DNA of 64,000 nucleotides from Enterobacteria phage phiC600P9: sequence record MZ681930.1; one strand, given 5' to 3'. Positions 19,733-40,207 of the stretch are shown one piece after another. The notes beneath the pieces were generated by a model, which was given only the letters and a program-made list of their open reading frames with translations, was not told the DNA's origin and made no database searches. Both the position numbers and the translations under genes were made by a program. The first letter of the stretch is position 1. Every line of letters starts with the position of its first letter.

Positions 19733-21540
19733 TGAAACAAAATATTAATATCGGTAATGTTGTAGATGATGGTACCGGTGACTACCTGCGTAAAGGTGGT
19801 ATAAAAATAAATGAAAACTTTGATGAGCTTTATTACGAGCTCGGTGATGGAGACGTTCCATATTCAGCTGGTGCCTGGAAAACTTATGATGCTTCATCTG
19901 GGCAAACACTAAAAGCTGAATGGGGAAAATCATACGCTATTAATACCTCTTCTGGAAGAGTGACTATAAATCTTCCAAAAGGAACAGTTAATGATTACAA
20001 CAAGGTAATTAGAGCTAGAGACGTATTTGCTACATGGAACGTCAACCCAGTTACTTTAGTAGCTGCTTCCGGTGATACGATTAAAGGGTCTGCAGTACCA
20101 GTTGAAATTAATGTTCAATTCAGCGATTTAGAACTAGTGTATTGCGCCCCAGGACGTTGGGAATATGTCAAAAATAAACAAATTGACAAAATTACCAGTT
20201 CAGACATTAGTAATGTAGCTCGTAAAGAATTTTTAGTCGAAGTCCAAGGACAAACAGACTTTTTAGATGTTTTTCGTGGAACCAGTTATAATGTAAATAA
20301 CATCAGAGTAAAACATCGTGGTAACGAATTGTATTACGGCGATGTGTTTAGCGAAAACAGTGATTTTGGCTCTCCGGGCGAAAATGAAGGAGAACTAGTT
20401 CCTCTTGATGGATTTAATATTCGATTAAGACAGCCTTGTAATATTGGTGACACTGTTCAAATTGAAACATTTATGGATGGTGTATCGCAGTGGAGAAGTT
20501 CATATACAAGACGTCAAATCAGATTGTTAGATTCAAAATTAACGTCAAAAACTTCTTTAGAAGGAAGCATTTACGTTACTGATTTATCAACAATGAAATC
20601 AATTCCATTTTCTGCTTTTGGATTAATTCCAGGAGAACCTATTAATCCTAACTCTCTTGAGGTTCGTTTTAATGGAATTTTGCAGGAATTAGCTGGCACA
20701 GTTGGAATGCCATTATTTCATTGTGTTGGTGCCGATTCAGACGATGAAGTAGAATGCTCTGTTTTAGGTGGAACTTGGGAACAATCTCATACCGATTATT
20801 CAATTGAAACTGATGAAAACGGCATACCGGAAATTTTACATTTCGATAGAGTATTTGAGCATGGTGACATTATCAATATCACCTGGTTTAATAATGATTT
20901 GGGTACATTATTGACAAAAGATGAGATTATTGATGAAACTGATAATCTCTATGTATCGCAAGGGCCGGGAGTAGATATTTCTGGTGATGTAAATTTAACA
21001 GACTTCGATAAAATTGGTTGGCCAAATGTAGAAGCAGTTCAATCCTATCAACGCGAATTTAATGCTGTTTCAAATATCTTTGATACGATTTATCCTATTG
21101 GAACTATATATGAAAACGCTGTTAATCCAAATAACCCTGTTACATATATGGGATTCGGCTCATGGAAATTATTTGGGCAAGGAAAAGTTTTAGTTGGATG
21201 GAATGAAGATATTTCGGACCCCAACTTTGCTCTAAATAATAACGATTTAGATTCGGGTGGAAATCCTTCACATACGGCGGGTGGAACAGGCGGTTCTACT
21301 TCTGTTACATTGGAAAATGCTAATCTTCCTGCAACTGAGACAGATGAAGAAGTTCTAATAGTTGATGAAAATGGATCAGTCATTGTTGGTGGATGTCAAT
21401 ACGACCCAGATGAATCCGGTCCAGTTTACACGAAATACCGTGAAGCTAAAGCATCTACTAACTCTACTCATACTCCGCCAACATCAATAACTAACATTCA
21501 ACCATATATTACAGTTTATCGTTGGATAAGGATTGCATAA
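19732..21540 (+). CDS. 10: baseplate wedge / tail pin protein gp10
   Basis: 602 aa as T4 gp10. Confidence 0.9.
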   Translation: MKQNINIGNVVDDGTGDYLRKGGIKINENFDELYYELGDGDVPYSAGAWKTYDASSGQTLKAEWGKSYAINTSSGRVTINLPKGTVNDYNKVIRARDVFATWNVNPVTLVAASGDTIKGSAVPVEINVQFSDLELVYCAPGRWEYVKNKQIDKITSSDISNVARKEFLVEVQGQTDFLDVFRGTSYNVNNIRVKHRGNELYYGDVFSENSDFGSPGENEGELVPLDGFNIRLRQPCNIGDTVQIETFMDGVSQWRSSYTRRQIRLLDSKLTSKTSLEGSIYVTDLSTMKSIPFSAFGLIPGEPINPNSLEVRFNGILQELAGTVGMPLFHCVGADSDDEVECSVLGGTWEQSHTDYSIETDENGIPEILHFDRVFEHGDIINITWFNNDLGTLLTKDEIIDETDNLYVSQGPGVDISGDVNLTDFDKIGWPNVEAVQSYQREFNAVSNIFDTIYPIGTIYENAVNPNNPVTYMGFGSWKLFGQGKVLVGWNEDISDPNFALNNNDLDSGGNPSHTAGGTGGSTSVTLENANLPATETDEEVLIVDENGSVIVGGCQYDPDESGPVYTKYREAKASTNSTHTPPTSITNIQPYITVYRWIRIA

Positions 21541-22195
21541 TGAGTTTACTTAATAATAAAGCGGGAGTTATTTCCCGCTTAGCCGATTTTCTTGGTTTTA
21601 GACCTAAAACTGGCGACATCGATGTAATGAATCGTCAATCAGTTGGGTCAGTGACAATTTCTCAATTAGCGAAAGGATTTTATGAACCAAACGTAGAATC
21701 AGCTATTAATGATGTTCATAATTTTTCTATAAAAGACGTTGGTACAATTATTACTAATAAAACTGGTGTTTCTCCTGAGGGTGTTTCTCAAACTGATTAT
21801 TGGGCATTTTCGGGAACTGTAACAGATGATTCGCTTCCTCCTGGTTCTCCTGTTACTGTGTTAGTATTTGGTCTTCCAGTTTCAGCAACAACTGGAATGA
21901 CAGCTATTGAGTTTGTCGCCAAAGTTCGTGTTGCTCTACAAGAAGCTATTGCGTCATTTACTGCTATCAATTCATATAAAGACCATCCAACAGATGGTAG
22001 TAAATTAGAAGTTACTTATTTAGATAATCAAAAACATGTATTAAGCACATATTCTACATATGGAATAACTATTTCCCAAGAAATTATTTCCGAATCTAAG
22101 CCTGGATATGGCACATGGAATTTGCTTGGTGCACAAACTGTAACTTTAGATAATCAGCAAACTCCAATAGTACTTTATCATTTTGAGAGAACAGC

Positions 22196-22199
<4 letters not shown>
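21540..22199 (+). CDS. 11: baseplate wedge / tail pin protein gp11
   Basis: Starts [20 protein letters not shown]... at the ATG overlapping the gp10 stop (TAATG), 219 aa as T4 gp11; the ORF-track start at 21522 is TTG. Confidence 0.9.
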
Positions 22200-25239
<3,040 letters not shown>

Positions 25240-25270
25240 CATGGGGCCGCAAGGCCCCAAAGGATTTTAA

Positions 25271-26972
<1,702 letters not shown>

Positions 26973-27013
26973 TAAATATTATAAACTAATTAAAGCCCAG
27001 ATTAGGAGAAATC

Positions 27014-30154
<3,141 letters not shown>

Positions 30155-30182
30155 TATTAAAGCATATTAAAGAGGATTAAAA

Positions 30183-32162
30183 ATGACTTTATTATCTCCG
30201 GGCATTGAGCTCAAAGAAACTACGGTTCAAAGCACCGTGGTTAATAACTCTACTGGTACAGCAGCTTTGGCCGGTAAATTCCAGTGGGGTCCTGCTTTTC
30301 AGATTAAACAGGTTACAAATGAAGTAGATTTAGTTAATACTTTTGGTCAACCAACCGCTGAAACTGCTGACTATTTTATGTCTGCGATGAATTTCTTGCA
30401 GTACGGAAATGACTTACGAGTAGTTCGTGCTGTTGATAGAGATACCGCTAAAAACTCATCTCCGATTGCCGGTAATATTGAATACACAATTTCTACCCCA
30501 GGTAGTAACTACGCAATTGGAGATAAAATCACGGTCAAATATGTTTCAGATGCTATTGAAACTGAAGGTAAAATTACTGAAGTAGACACAGATGGAAAAA
30601 TTAAGAAAATTAATATTCCTACTGCAAAAATTATCGCTAAAGCTAAAGAAGTCGGTGAATATCCGGAATTAGGTCCTAGCTGGACTGCGGAAATTTCTTC
30701 ATCTTCCTCTGGTTTAGCTGCAGTAATAACTCTTGGAAAAATTATTACTGATTCTGGTATTTTATTAGCTGAAATTGAAAATGCCGAAGCTGCCATGACA
30801 GCTGTTGACTTTCAAGCAAATCTCGAAAAATACGGAATTCCAGGAGTAGTAGCTCTTTATCCAGGCGAATTAGGCGATAAAATTGAAGTTGAAATCGTAT
30901 CTAAAGCTGACTACGCAAAAGGGGCTTCTGCATTACTGCCAATTTATCCAGGCGGTGGTACTCGTGCATCTACTGCTAAAGCTGTGTTTGGATATGGACC
31001 ACAAACTGATTCACAGTACGCTATTATAGTTCGTCGCAATGATGCTATTGTTCAAAGTGTTGTTCTTTCAACTAAGCGTGGTGAAAAAGATATTTACGAT
31101 AGTAACATCTATATCGATGACTTTTTCGCAAAAGGTGGTTCAGAATATATTTTTGCAACTGCACAAAACTGGCCAGAAGGCTTCTCTGGAATTTTAACTC
31201 TGTCTGGTGGATTATCATCAAATGCTGAAGTAACAGCAGGAGATTTGATGGAAGCTTGGGACTTCTTTGCTGACCGTGAATCCGTTGATGTTCAACTGTT
31301 TATTGCGGGTTCTTGTGCCGGTGAATCTTTAGAAACAGCATCTACTGTCCAAAAACACGTCGTTTCAATTGGGGATGCTCGTCAGGATTGCTTAGTATTA
31401 TGCTCACCACCGCGTGAAACTGTAGTTGGAATTCCTGTAACTCGTGCTGTCGATAACTTAGTCAATTGGAGAACTGCAACTGGTTCATACACTGATAATA
31501 ACTTTAATATCAGTTCAACCTATGCAGCAATTGATGGTAACTACAAATATCAGTATGACAAATATAATGATGTAAATCGCTGGGTTCCATTAGCAGCTGA
31601 TATTGCTGGTTTATGCGCAAGAACTGATAACGTTTCTCAGACTTGGATGTCTCCAGCTGGTTATAATCGTGGCCAGATTCTTAACGTTATTAAACTTGCT
31701 ATTGAAACTCGTCAGGCTCAGCGCGACCGTTTATACCAAGAAGCTATCAACCCGGTAACCGGTACAGGTGGTGATGGTTACGTATTGTATGGTGATAAAA
31801 CAGCTACTTCTGTTCCTTCTCCATTTGATCGTATTAACGTTCGTCGTCTGTTTAATATGTTGAAAACTAATATCGGACGTAGTTCAAAATATCGTTTGTT
31901 CGAATTAAACAACGCGTTTACTCGTTCATCATTCCGCACAGAAACTGCCCAATACTTACAGGGAATTAAATCTCTCGGTGGAATTTATGAATATCGTGTA
32001 GTTTGCGATACAACAAATAACACTCCGTCAGTAATTGATAGAAATGAGTTTGTTGCAACATTCTACATCCAACCGGCGCGCAGTATAAATTATATTACTT
32101 TGAATTTCGTCGCAACTGCTACTGGTGCAGATTTCGATGAGTTAACTGGTCTTGCAGGTTAA
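30183..32162 (+). CDS. 18: tail sheath protein gp18
   Basis: 659 aa as T4 gp18; starts MTLLSPGIELKETTVQS. Confidence 0.95.
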   Translation: MTLLSPGIELKETTVQSTVVNNSTGTAALAGKFQWGPAFQIKQVTNEVDLVNTFGQPTAETADYFMSAMNFLQYGNDLRVVRAVDRDTAKNSSPIAGNIEYTISTPGSNYAIGDKITVKYVSDAIETEGKITEVDTDGKIKKINIPTAKIIAKAKEVGEYPELGPSWTAEISSSSSGLAAVITLGKIITDSGILLAEIENAEAAMTAVDFQANLEKYGIPGVVALYPGELGDKIEVEIVSKADYAKGASALLPIYPGGGTRASTAKAVFGYGPQTDSQYAIIVRRNDAIVQSVVLSTKRGEKDIYDSNIYIDDFFAKGGSEYIFATAQNWPEGFSGILTLSGGLSSNAEVTAGDLMEAWDFFADRESVDVQLFIAGSCAGESLETASTVQKHVVSIGDARQDCLVLCSPPRETVVGIPVTRAVDNLVNWRTATGSYTDNNFNISSTYAAIDGNYKYQYDKYNDVNRWVPLAADIAGLCARTDNVSQTWMSPAGYNRGQILNVIKLAIETRQAQRDRLYQEAINPVTGTGGDGYVLYGDKTATSVPSPFDRINVRRLFNMLKTNIGRSSKYRLFELNNAFTRSSFRTETAQYLQGIKSLGGIYEYRVVCDTTNNTPSVIDRNEFVATFYIQPARSINYITLNFVATATGADFDELTGLAG

Positions 32163-32164
32163 TT

Positions 32165-32850
32165 GATAAGGGGCTTCGGCCCCTGTTCTCGAGGAATCAA
32201 GTGATTATTTCTAAATTCATTAAAGTAAAAATTGTACCGTCAAATTTTAAACATTATCAGTCAAAGGGATATAAATTAACACCTCTTGGAGCGGTTAAAC
32301 ACGGATTTAAGTATTATGAAATTGATGTTAAAGTTGAAGACATTAAAGGTAGTACCGCGTATGTAAAATGTCGTTGCGATAAATGTGGAATTGAATATAA
32401 CCAACGCATTGGAAGAAACACTGATATTTGTTGTGATTGTCGTCATAAAGATAAAATGCATAATAATTCATATGGTTCAGCGAATAAAGGAAAAACCGTA
32501 GAATGTATGCATGGCGTAAATCATCCAAGATGGAACCCAAATAAATCTGAAATGCGTGAATATATTTCATCGGTATATAGAGAAACTCGTAAGCATAGGA
32601 AAATTTGGTCAAAATGGCCGAATGCTGATAAGATAGGAGTGTGTGGTACAGAAGGTGCTTACCAACTTGATCATAAGGTATCTATCAAATACGGTTTTGA
32701 TAATTTAATTCCTGCTAAAATAATTGGCGGTATTAATAATTTAGAAATAATCACTTGGGAATCTAACCGAGAAAAGTCAAAAAGAAATAGTGTAGATCTT
32801 TGGGATTTGCTAGAATGATTCTAAAGGCCTGTTTCGGCAGGCCATATAAA
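32165..32850 (+). mobile_element. free-standing HNH homing-endonuclease cassette inserted between genes 18 and 19
   Basis: HNH ORF bracketed by GC-rich hairpins (GGGGCTTCGGCCCC at 32170-32183; GGCCTG-TTTCGG-CAGGCC at 32826-32843); I recall genes 18 and 19 as adjacent in T4. Confidence 0.5.
32201..32818 (+). CDS. HNH-family homing endonuclease with zinc-ribbon motifs
   Basis: 205 aa, GTG start with SD GAGGAA; Cys clusters CRCDKCG and CCDCRH; C-terminal HNH-like motif (QLDHKVSIKYGF...NNLEIITWESNREKSKRN). Confidence 0.65.
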   Translation: MIISKFIKVKIVPSNFKHYQSKGYKLTPLGAVKHGFKYYEIDVKVEDIKGSTAYVKCRCDKCGIEYNQRIGRNTDICCDCRHKDKMHNNSYGSANKGKTVECMHGVNHPRWNPNKSEMREYISSVYRETRKHRKIWSKWPNADKIGVCGTEGAYQLDHKVSIKYGFDNLIPAKIIGGINNLEIITWESNREKSKRNSVDLWDLLE

Positions 32851-32903
32851 TACACTATATCCTTAATTCTTTAATTCTATATGCCCTAGGTTAAACATAG
32901 GGA

Positions 32904-32911
32904 TATAAATA
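32904..32911 (+). promoter_or_regulatory. T4 late promoter TATAAATA for gene 19
   Basis: Exact TATAAATA 15 nt upstream of the gene 19 ATG. Confidence 0.7.
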
Positions 32912-32925
32912 CTACAGAGGCTAAT

Positions 32926-33417
32926 ATGTTTGTAGATGATGTAACACGAGCGTTTGAATCTGGTGATTTTGCTCGACCTAACTTATTCCAAGTAGAAATT
33001 TCTTATCTTGGACAAAATTTTACATTTCAATGTAAAGCCACTGCTTTACCAGCTGGTATTGTAGAAAAAATTCCAGTCGGATTTATGAACCGTAAAATTA
33101 ACGTAGCAGGCGATCGTACATTCGATGACTGGACTATTACAGTAATGAATGATGAGGCACATGATGCTCGCCAGAAGTTTGTTGATTGGCAAAGCATTGC
33201 TGCTGGGCAAGGGAACGAAATTACTGGTGGAAAACCAGCAGAGTATAAAAAGAGCGCTGTTGTTCGCCAATATGCTCGTGACGCTAAAACTGTAACAAAA
33301 GAAGTCGAAATTAAAGGCCTGTGGCCTACCAACGTGGGTGAACTTCAATTAGATTGGGATTCAAACAATGAAATCCAAACCTTTGAAGTAACTCTCGCTC
33401 TCGATTATTGGGAATAA
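32926..33417 (+). CDS. 19: tail tube protein gp19
   Basis: 163 aa as T4 gp19. Confidence 0.95.
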   Translation: MFVDDVTRAFESGDFARPNLFQVEISYLGQNFTFQCKATALPAGIVEKIPVGFMNRKINVAGDRTFDDWTITVMNDEAHDARQKFVDWQSIAAGQGNEITGGKPAEYKKSAVVRQYARDAKTVTKEVEIKGLWPTNVGELQLDWDSNNEIQTFEVTLALDYWE

Positions 33418-33449
33418 AATGAATGGGGAGAAATCCCCATCCTGCTTAA

Positions 33450-35074
<1,625 letters not shown>

Positions 35075-35075
<1 letters not shown>

Positions 35076-35323
35076 TGGAAGGTTTAATTGAAGCTATTAA
35101 ATCAAACGACCTCGTAGCCGCTCGTAAATTATTTGCTGAAGCCATGGCTGCAAGAACGATTGATTTAATTAAAGAAGAAAAAATCGCTATCGCTCGTAAT
35201 TTCTTAATCGAAGGTGAAGAACCTGAAGACGAGGATGATGACGAAGACGAAGATAGTGATGATAAAGACGACAAAAAAGACAAAGACTCTGACGAAGATG
35301 ACGAAGACGAGGATGATGAATAA
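35075..35323 (+). CDS. 67: prohead core protein gp67
   Basis: 82 aa with strongly acidic Asp/Glu-rich C-terminal tail; position after the portal gene. Confidence 0.85.
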
Positions 35324-35748
35324 TGCTTCTGATCCCTGAAACTCATGAATTAGTTCTCGAGAATGTCGAAGCACTTATTCCTGAAGCACAGGGTCGCTTT
35401 GACGAATTGTCTTCTGCTTTAAATAAAGACGATATAAATACAATTGTCGAGAATATGCTTGATGATGAAACTGATTTAGCAGTTGCATTAGCTTCTATTA
35501 ATGAAAATATGCCGTTAAATGAATTCATTGTTAAGCACGTTTCAGCTCGTGGTGAAATTACACGTACTAAAGACCGCAAAACACGCGAACGTAATGCATT
35601 TCAAACCACTGGGCTGTCTAAAGCAAAACGTAGACAAATTGCTCGCAAAGCTACCAAAACGAAGATTGCCAATCCAGCAGGTCAATCTCGTGCTCAGCGT
35701 AAGCGTAAAAAAGCTCTTAAACGCCGTAAAGCATTAGGATTAAGCTAA
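35323..35748 (+). CDS. 68: prohead core protein gp68
   Basis: 141 aa as T4 gp68; basic C-terminus. Confidence 0.85.
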
Positions 35749-36386
35749 TGAATGAACCCCAATTACTAATTGAAACTTGGGGTCAACCTGGCGAAATTAT
35801 TGATGGTGTGCCAATGCTTGAATCCCACGATGGAAAAGACTTAGGTTTAAAACCGGGTCTATACATCGAAGGAATATTCATGCAAGCAGAAGTCGTCAAT
35901 AGAAATAAACGTCTTTATCCAAAACGCATATTAGAAAAAGCGGTAAAAGACTATATTAATGAGCAAGTTTTAACTAAACAAGCTCTCGGAGAATTAAATC
36001 ATCCTCCACGCGCTAATGTTGACCCGATGCAAGCCGCTATCATTATAGAAGATATGTGGTGGAAAGGAAATGACGTATACGGACGAGCTCGTGTTATTGA
36101 AGGTGACCACGGTCCTGGAGATAAATTAGCAGCTAATATTCGTGCCGGATGGATTCCAGGAGTTTCTTCTCGTGGATTAGGTTCATTGACTGACACAAAT
36201 AAAGGTTATCGTATCGTAAACGAAGGATTCAAATTAACTGTAGGTGTTGATGCAGTATGGGGTCCAAGTGCTCCAGATGCATGGGTAACTCCTAAGGAAA
36301 TTACCGAATCACAGACGGCGGAAGCCGATACAAGTGCCGATGACGCCTATATGGCTCTCGCAGAGGCCATGAAAAAAGCGTTATAA
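35748..36386 (+). CDS. 21: prohead core scaffold protease gp21
   Basis: 212 aa as T4 gp21. Confidence 0.9.
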   Translation: MNEPQLLIETWGQPGEIIDGVPMLESHDGKDLGLKPGLYIEGIFMQAEVVNRNKRLYPKRILEKAVKDYINEQVLTKQALGELNHPPRANVDPMQAAIIIEDMWWKGNDVYGRARVIEGDHGPGDKLAANIRAGWIPGVSSRGLGSLTDTNKGYRIVNEGFKLTVGVDAVWGPSAPDAWVTPKEITESQTAEADTSADDAYMALAEAMKKAL

Positions 36387-36389
36387 ATA
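36382..36389 (+). promoter_or_regulatory. T4 late promoter TATAAATA for gene 22
   Basis: Exact TATAAATA about 28 nt upstream of the gene 22 ATG. Confidence 0.7.
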
Positions 36390-36416
36390 TTATTATCTAA
36401 ACAACAGGACTACAAA

Positions 36417-37226
36417 ATGCTTAAAGAACAACTGATTGCTGAAGCGCAAAAAATTGATGCTTCCGTTGCTCTTGATAGTATTTTCGAATCAGTTAATATT
36501 TCTCCGGAAGCAAAAGAAACTTTCGGCACTGTATTCGAAGCTACCGTCAAGCAGCACGCCGTTAAATTAGCTGAATCTCATATCGCTAAAATTGCTGAAA
36601 AAGCAGAAGAAGAAGTAGAAAAAAATAAAGAAGAAGCCGAAGAAAAAGCTGAGAAGAAAATCGCTGAGCAAGCTTCTAAATTCATCGACCATCTTGCGAA
36701 AGAATGGCTCGCCGAAAATAAATTAGCAGTTGATAAAGGCATCAAAGCCGAACTGTTTGAATCCATGCTTGGTGGATTAAAAGAGCTCTTTGTTGAACAC
36801 AACGTTGTTGTTCCAGAAGAATCAGTTGATGTTGTGGCTGAAATGGAAGAAGAGCTGCAAGAACATAAAGAAGAATCAGCTCGTCTGTTCGAAGAACTCA
36901 ATATGCGCGACGCATATATCAATTATGTGCAGCGTGAAGTGGCATTGAGCGAAAGTACTAAAGATCTGACTGAGTCTCAAAAAGAAAAAGTCTCTGCTCT
37001 GGTCGAAGGTATGGATTATTCAGATGCATTCTCAAGTAAATTGAGCGCAATCGTAGAAATGGTGAAGAAATCTAATAAAGATGAAAGCACTATTACTGAG
37101 GGTATAAATACTCCTGATACTGAAGCAGCCGGACTGAATTTCGTCACTGAAGCTGTAGAAGATAAAGCTGCACAGGGTGCAGAAGATATTGTAAGTGTAT
37201 ATGCGAAAGTCGCATCTCGTTTCTAA
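36417..37226 (+). CDS. 22: prohead core scaffold protein gp22
   Basis: 269 aa as T4 gp22; highly charged Glu/Lys/Ala-rich helical protein. Confidence 0.9.
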   Translation: MLKEQLIAEAQKIDASVALDSIFESVNISPEAKETFGTVFEATVKQHAVKLAESHIAKIAEKAEEEVEKNKEEAEEKAEKKIAEQASKFIDHLAKEWLAENKLAVDKGIKAELFESMLGGLKELFVEHNVVVPEESVDVVAEMEEELQEHKEESARLFEELNMRDAYINYVQREVALSESTKDLTESQKEKVSALVEGMDYSDAFSSKLSAIVEMVKKSNKDESTITEGINTPDTEAAGLNFVTEAVEDKAAQGAEDIVSVYAKVASRF

Positions 37227-37244
37227 TTTTAAAGGTTAACACAA

Positions 37245-38810
37245 ATGACTATCAAAACTAAAGCTGAACTTTTGAACAAATGGAAGCCATTACTGGAAGG
37301 TGAAGGTTTACCGGAAATTGCTAATAGCAAACAAGCGATTATCGCTAAAATCTTTGAAAACCAGGAAAAAGATTTCCAGACAGCTCCGGAATATAAAGAC
37401 GAAAAAATTGCTCAGGCATTCGGTTCTTTCTTAACAGAAGCTGAAATCGGTGGTGACCACGGTTACAATGCTACCAACATCGCTGCAGGTCAGACTTCTG
37501 GCGCAGTAACTCAGATTGGCCCAGCTGTTATGGGTATGGTACGTCGTGCTATTCCTAACCTGATTGCTTTCGATATTTGTGGTGTTCAGCCGATGAACAG
37601 CCCGACCGGTCAGGTATTCGCACTGCGCGCAGTATATGGTAAAGACCCAATTGCTTCCGGTGCTAAAGAAGCATTCCACCCAATGTATGGTCCAGATGCA
37701 ATGTTCTCTGGTCAGGGTGCTGCTAAGAAATTCACAGCTCTGGCTGCTAGCACACAAACCGTTGTAGGTGATATCTATACTCACTTCTTCCAGGAAACTG
37801 GTACTGTGTATCTGCAAGCTTCCGCTGTAGTAACAATTAGTTCAAGCGCAACTGATGCAGATAAATTAGATGCTGAAATTAAGAAACAAATGGAAGCTGG
37901 TGCACTGGTAGAAATCGCTGAAGGTATGGCTACTTCTATCGCTGAACTCCAGGAAGGTTTCAACGGTTCTACCGATAACCCATGGAATGAAATGGGCTTC
38001 CGTATCGATAAACAAGTTATCGAAGCTAAATCTCGCCAGCTGAAAGCTGCTTACTCTATTGAATTAGCACAAGACCTCCGCGCTGTTCACGGTATGGATG
38101 CTGATGCTGAACTGTCTGGTATTCTGGCTACAGAAATCATGCTGGAAATCAACCGTGAAGTTGTTGATTGGATTAACTACTCAGCTCAGGTTGGTAAATC
38201 TGGTATGACCCTGACTCCAGGTTCTAAAGCTGGTGTATTTGACTTCCAGGATCCGATTGATATTCGTGGTGCTCGCTGGGCGGGTGAATCCTTTAAAGCT
38301 CTGTTGTTCCAGATTGACAAAGAAGCAGTTGAAATTGCTCGTCAGACTGGTCGTGGTGAAGGTAACTTCATTATCGCTTCCCGTAACGTAGTTAACGTTC
38401 TGGCTTCAGTTGATACCGGCATTTCTTATGCTGCACAAGGTCTGGCTACCGGCTTTAACACTGATACTACCAAGTCAGTATTTGCTGGCGTTCTGGGTGG
38501 TAAATACCGTGTATATATCGACCAGTATGCTAAACAGGATTATTTCACTGTAGGTTATAAAGGTCCGAACGAAATGGATGCTGGTATTTACTACGCTCCA
38601 TATGTAGCTCTGACTCCGCTGCGTGGTTCCGATCCGAAGAACTTCCAACCAGTAATGGGATTCAAAACTCGTTACGGTATCGGTATCAACCCATTTGCAG
38701 AATCCGCTGCTCAGGCTCCGGCTTCTCGCATCCAGAGCGGTATGCCTTCTATTCTGAATAGCCTTGGTAAAAACGCTTACTTCCGCCGTGTATATGTTAA
38801 AGGTATCTAA
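37245..38810 (+). CDS. 23: major capsid protein gp23
   Basis: 521 aa as T4 gp23; codon usage visibly biased toward highly expressed codons. Confidence 0.95.
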   Translation: MTIKTKAELLNKWKPLLEGEGLPEIANSKQAIIAKIFENQEKDFQTAPEYKDEKIAQAFGSFLTEAEIGGDHGYNATNIAAGQTSGAVTQIGPAVMGMVRRAIPNLIAFDICGVQPMNSPTGQVFALRAVYGKDPIASGAKEAFHPMYGPDAMFSGQGAAKKFTALAASTQTVVGDIYTHFFQETGTVYLQASAVVTISSSATDADKLDAEIKKQMEAGALVEIAEGMATSIAELQEGFNGSTDNPWNEMGFRIDKQVIEAKSRQLKAAYSIELAQDLRAVHGMDADAELSGILATEIMLEINREVVDWINYSAQVGKSGMTLTPGSKAGVFDFQDPIDIRGARWAGESFKALLFQIDKEAVEIARQTGRGEGNFIIASRNVVNVLASVDTGISYAAQGLATGFNTDTTKSVFAGVLGGKYRVYIDQYAKQDYFTVGYKGPNEMDAGIYYAPYVALTPLRGSDPKNFQPVMGFKTRYGIGINPFAESAAQAPASRIQSGMPSILNSLGKNAYFRRVYVKGI

Positions 38811-38825
38811 TCTTTGACGATTTAA

Positions 38826-38846
38826 GGGACCTTCGGGTCCCTTTAG
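38826..38846 (+). terminator. intrinsic terminator after gene 23
   Basis: Hairpin GGGACCTTCGGGTCCC followed by a T-rich tract. Confidence 0.65.
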
Positions 38847-38858
38847 TTGTTTTTATGG

Positions 38859-38866
38859 TATAAATA
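38859..38866 (+). promoter_or_regulatory. T4 late promoter TATAAATA for gene 24
   Basis: Exact TATAAATA about 28 nt upstream of the gene 24 ATG. Confidence 0.7.
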
Positions 38867-38893
38867 AATCATATAAACCAAAAGGAAAGCGCA

Positions 38894-40177
38894 ATGGCTA
38901 AAATCAACGAACTTCTGCGCGAATCAACCACAACGAATAGCAACTCAATCGGTCGCCCAAATCTCGTTGCTTTGACTCGCGCTACCACTAAATTAATATA
39001 TTCTGACATTGTAGCAACGCAAAGAACTAATCAACCTGTTGCTGCTTTTTATGGTATCAAATACCTTAACCCAGATAACGAATTTACATTTAAAACTGGT
39101 GCTACTTACGCTGGCGAAGCTGGGTACGTAGACCGAGAACAAATCACAGAATTAACAGAAGAGTCTAAATTAACTCTCAATAAAGGCGATTTATTCAAAT
39201 ATAATAATATCGTTTATAAAGTATTAGAAGATACACCATTTGCTGATATTGAAGAAAGCGATTTAGAATTAGCTCTTCAGATTGCAATTGTTCTTTTAAA
39301 GGTTCGTCTATTTTCTGATGCTGCAGTAACAAGCAAATTTGAAAGCTCTGATAGCGAAATTGCGGATGCTAGATTCCAGATTAATAAATGGCAAACCGCA
39401 GTTAAATCTCGTAAACTTAAAACTGGCATCACAGTTGAATTAGCGCAAGATTTAGAAGCAAATGGATTCGATGCTCCTAATTTCTTGGAAGATTTGCTTG
39501 CAACTGAAATGGCAGATGAAATCAATAAAGATATTCTGCAATCTTTGATTACAGTATCAAAACGCTATAAAGTTACAGGAATTACTGATACTGGATTCAT
39601 TGATTTGAGTTATGCATCTGCACCTGAAGCTGGTCGTTCATTATACCGAATGGTATGTGAAATGGTTTCGCATATCCAAAAAGAATCAACTTATACTGCA
39701 ACGTTCTGTGTTGCTTCAGCTCGTGCCGCTGCGATTCTTGCTGCATCAGGTTGGTTAAAACATAAACCAGAAGATGATAAATATCTTTCACAAAATGCCT
39801 ACGGGTTCTTAGCTAATGGTTTACCGCTTTATTGCGATACTAACAGCCCATTAGATTATGTAATCGTTGGTGTAGTAGAAAATATTGGCGAAAAAGAAAT
39901 TGTTGGATCAATTTTCTATGCTCCGTATACAGAAGGTCTTGACTTAGATGACCCTGAACATGTAGGTGCATTTAAAGTTGTAGTTGATCCAGAAAGCTTA
40001 CAACCATCTATCGGTTTATTGGTTAGATATGCTTTATCTGCAAATCCTTACACCGTAGCAAAAGATGAAAAAGAAGCAAGAATAATTGATGGTGGAGACA
40101 TGGATAAAATGGCGGGTCGTTCAGATTTGTCTGTTTTATTAGGTGTTAAATTACCAAAAATTATCGTTGATGAATAA
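38894..40177 (+). CDS. 24: capsid vertex protein gp24
   Basis: 427 aa as T4 gp24; gp23 paralogue. Confidence 0.9.
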   Translation: MAKINELLRESTTTNSNSIGRPNLVALTRATTKLIYSDIVATQRTNQPVAAFYGIKYLNPDNEFTFKTGATYAGEAGYVDREQITELTEESKLTLNKGDLFKYNNIVYKVLEDTPFADIEESDLELALQIAIVLLKVRLFSDAAVTSKFESSDSEIADARFQINKWQTAVKSRKLKTGITVELAQDLEANGFDAPNFLEDLLATEMADEINKDILQSLITVSKRYKVTGITDTGFIDLSYASAPEAGRSLYRMVCEMVSHIQKESTYTATFCVASARAAAILAASGWLKHKPEDDKYLSQNAYGFLANGLPLYCDTNSPLDYVIVGVVENIGEKEIVGSIFYAPYTEGLDLDDPEHVGAFKVVVDPESLQPSIGLLVRYALSANPYTVAKDEKEARIIDGGDMDKMAGRSDLSVLLGVKLPKIIVDE

Positions 40178-40182
40178 AACAA

Positions 40183-40205
40183 AGGGACCGAAAGGTCCCT
40201 TTTTT
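40183..40205. terminator. bidirectional intrinsic terminator between gene 24 (+) and rnlB (-)
   Basis: Hairpin AGGGACCGAAAGGTCCCT flanked by A-run on one side and TTTTTATTT on the other, at the convergence of opposing genes. Confidence 0.7.
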
Positions 40206-40207
40206 AT

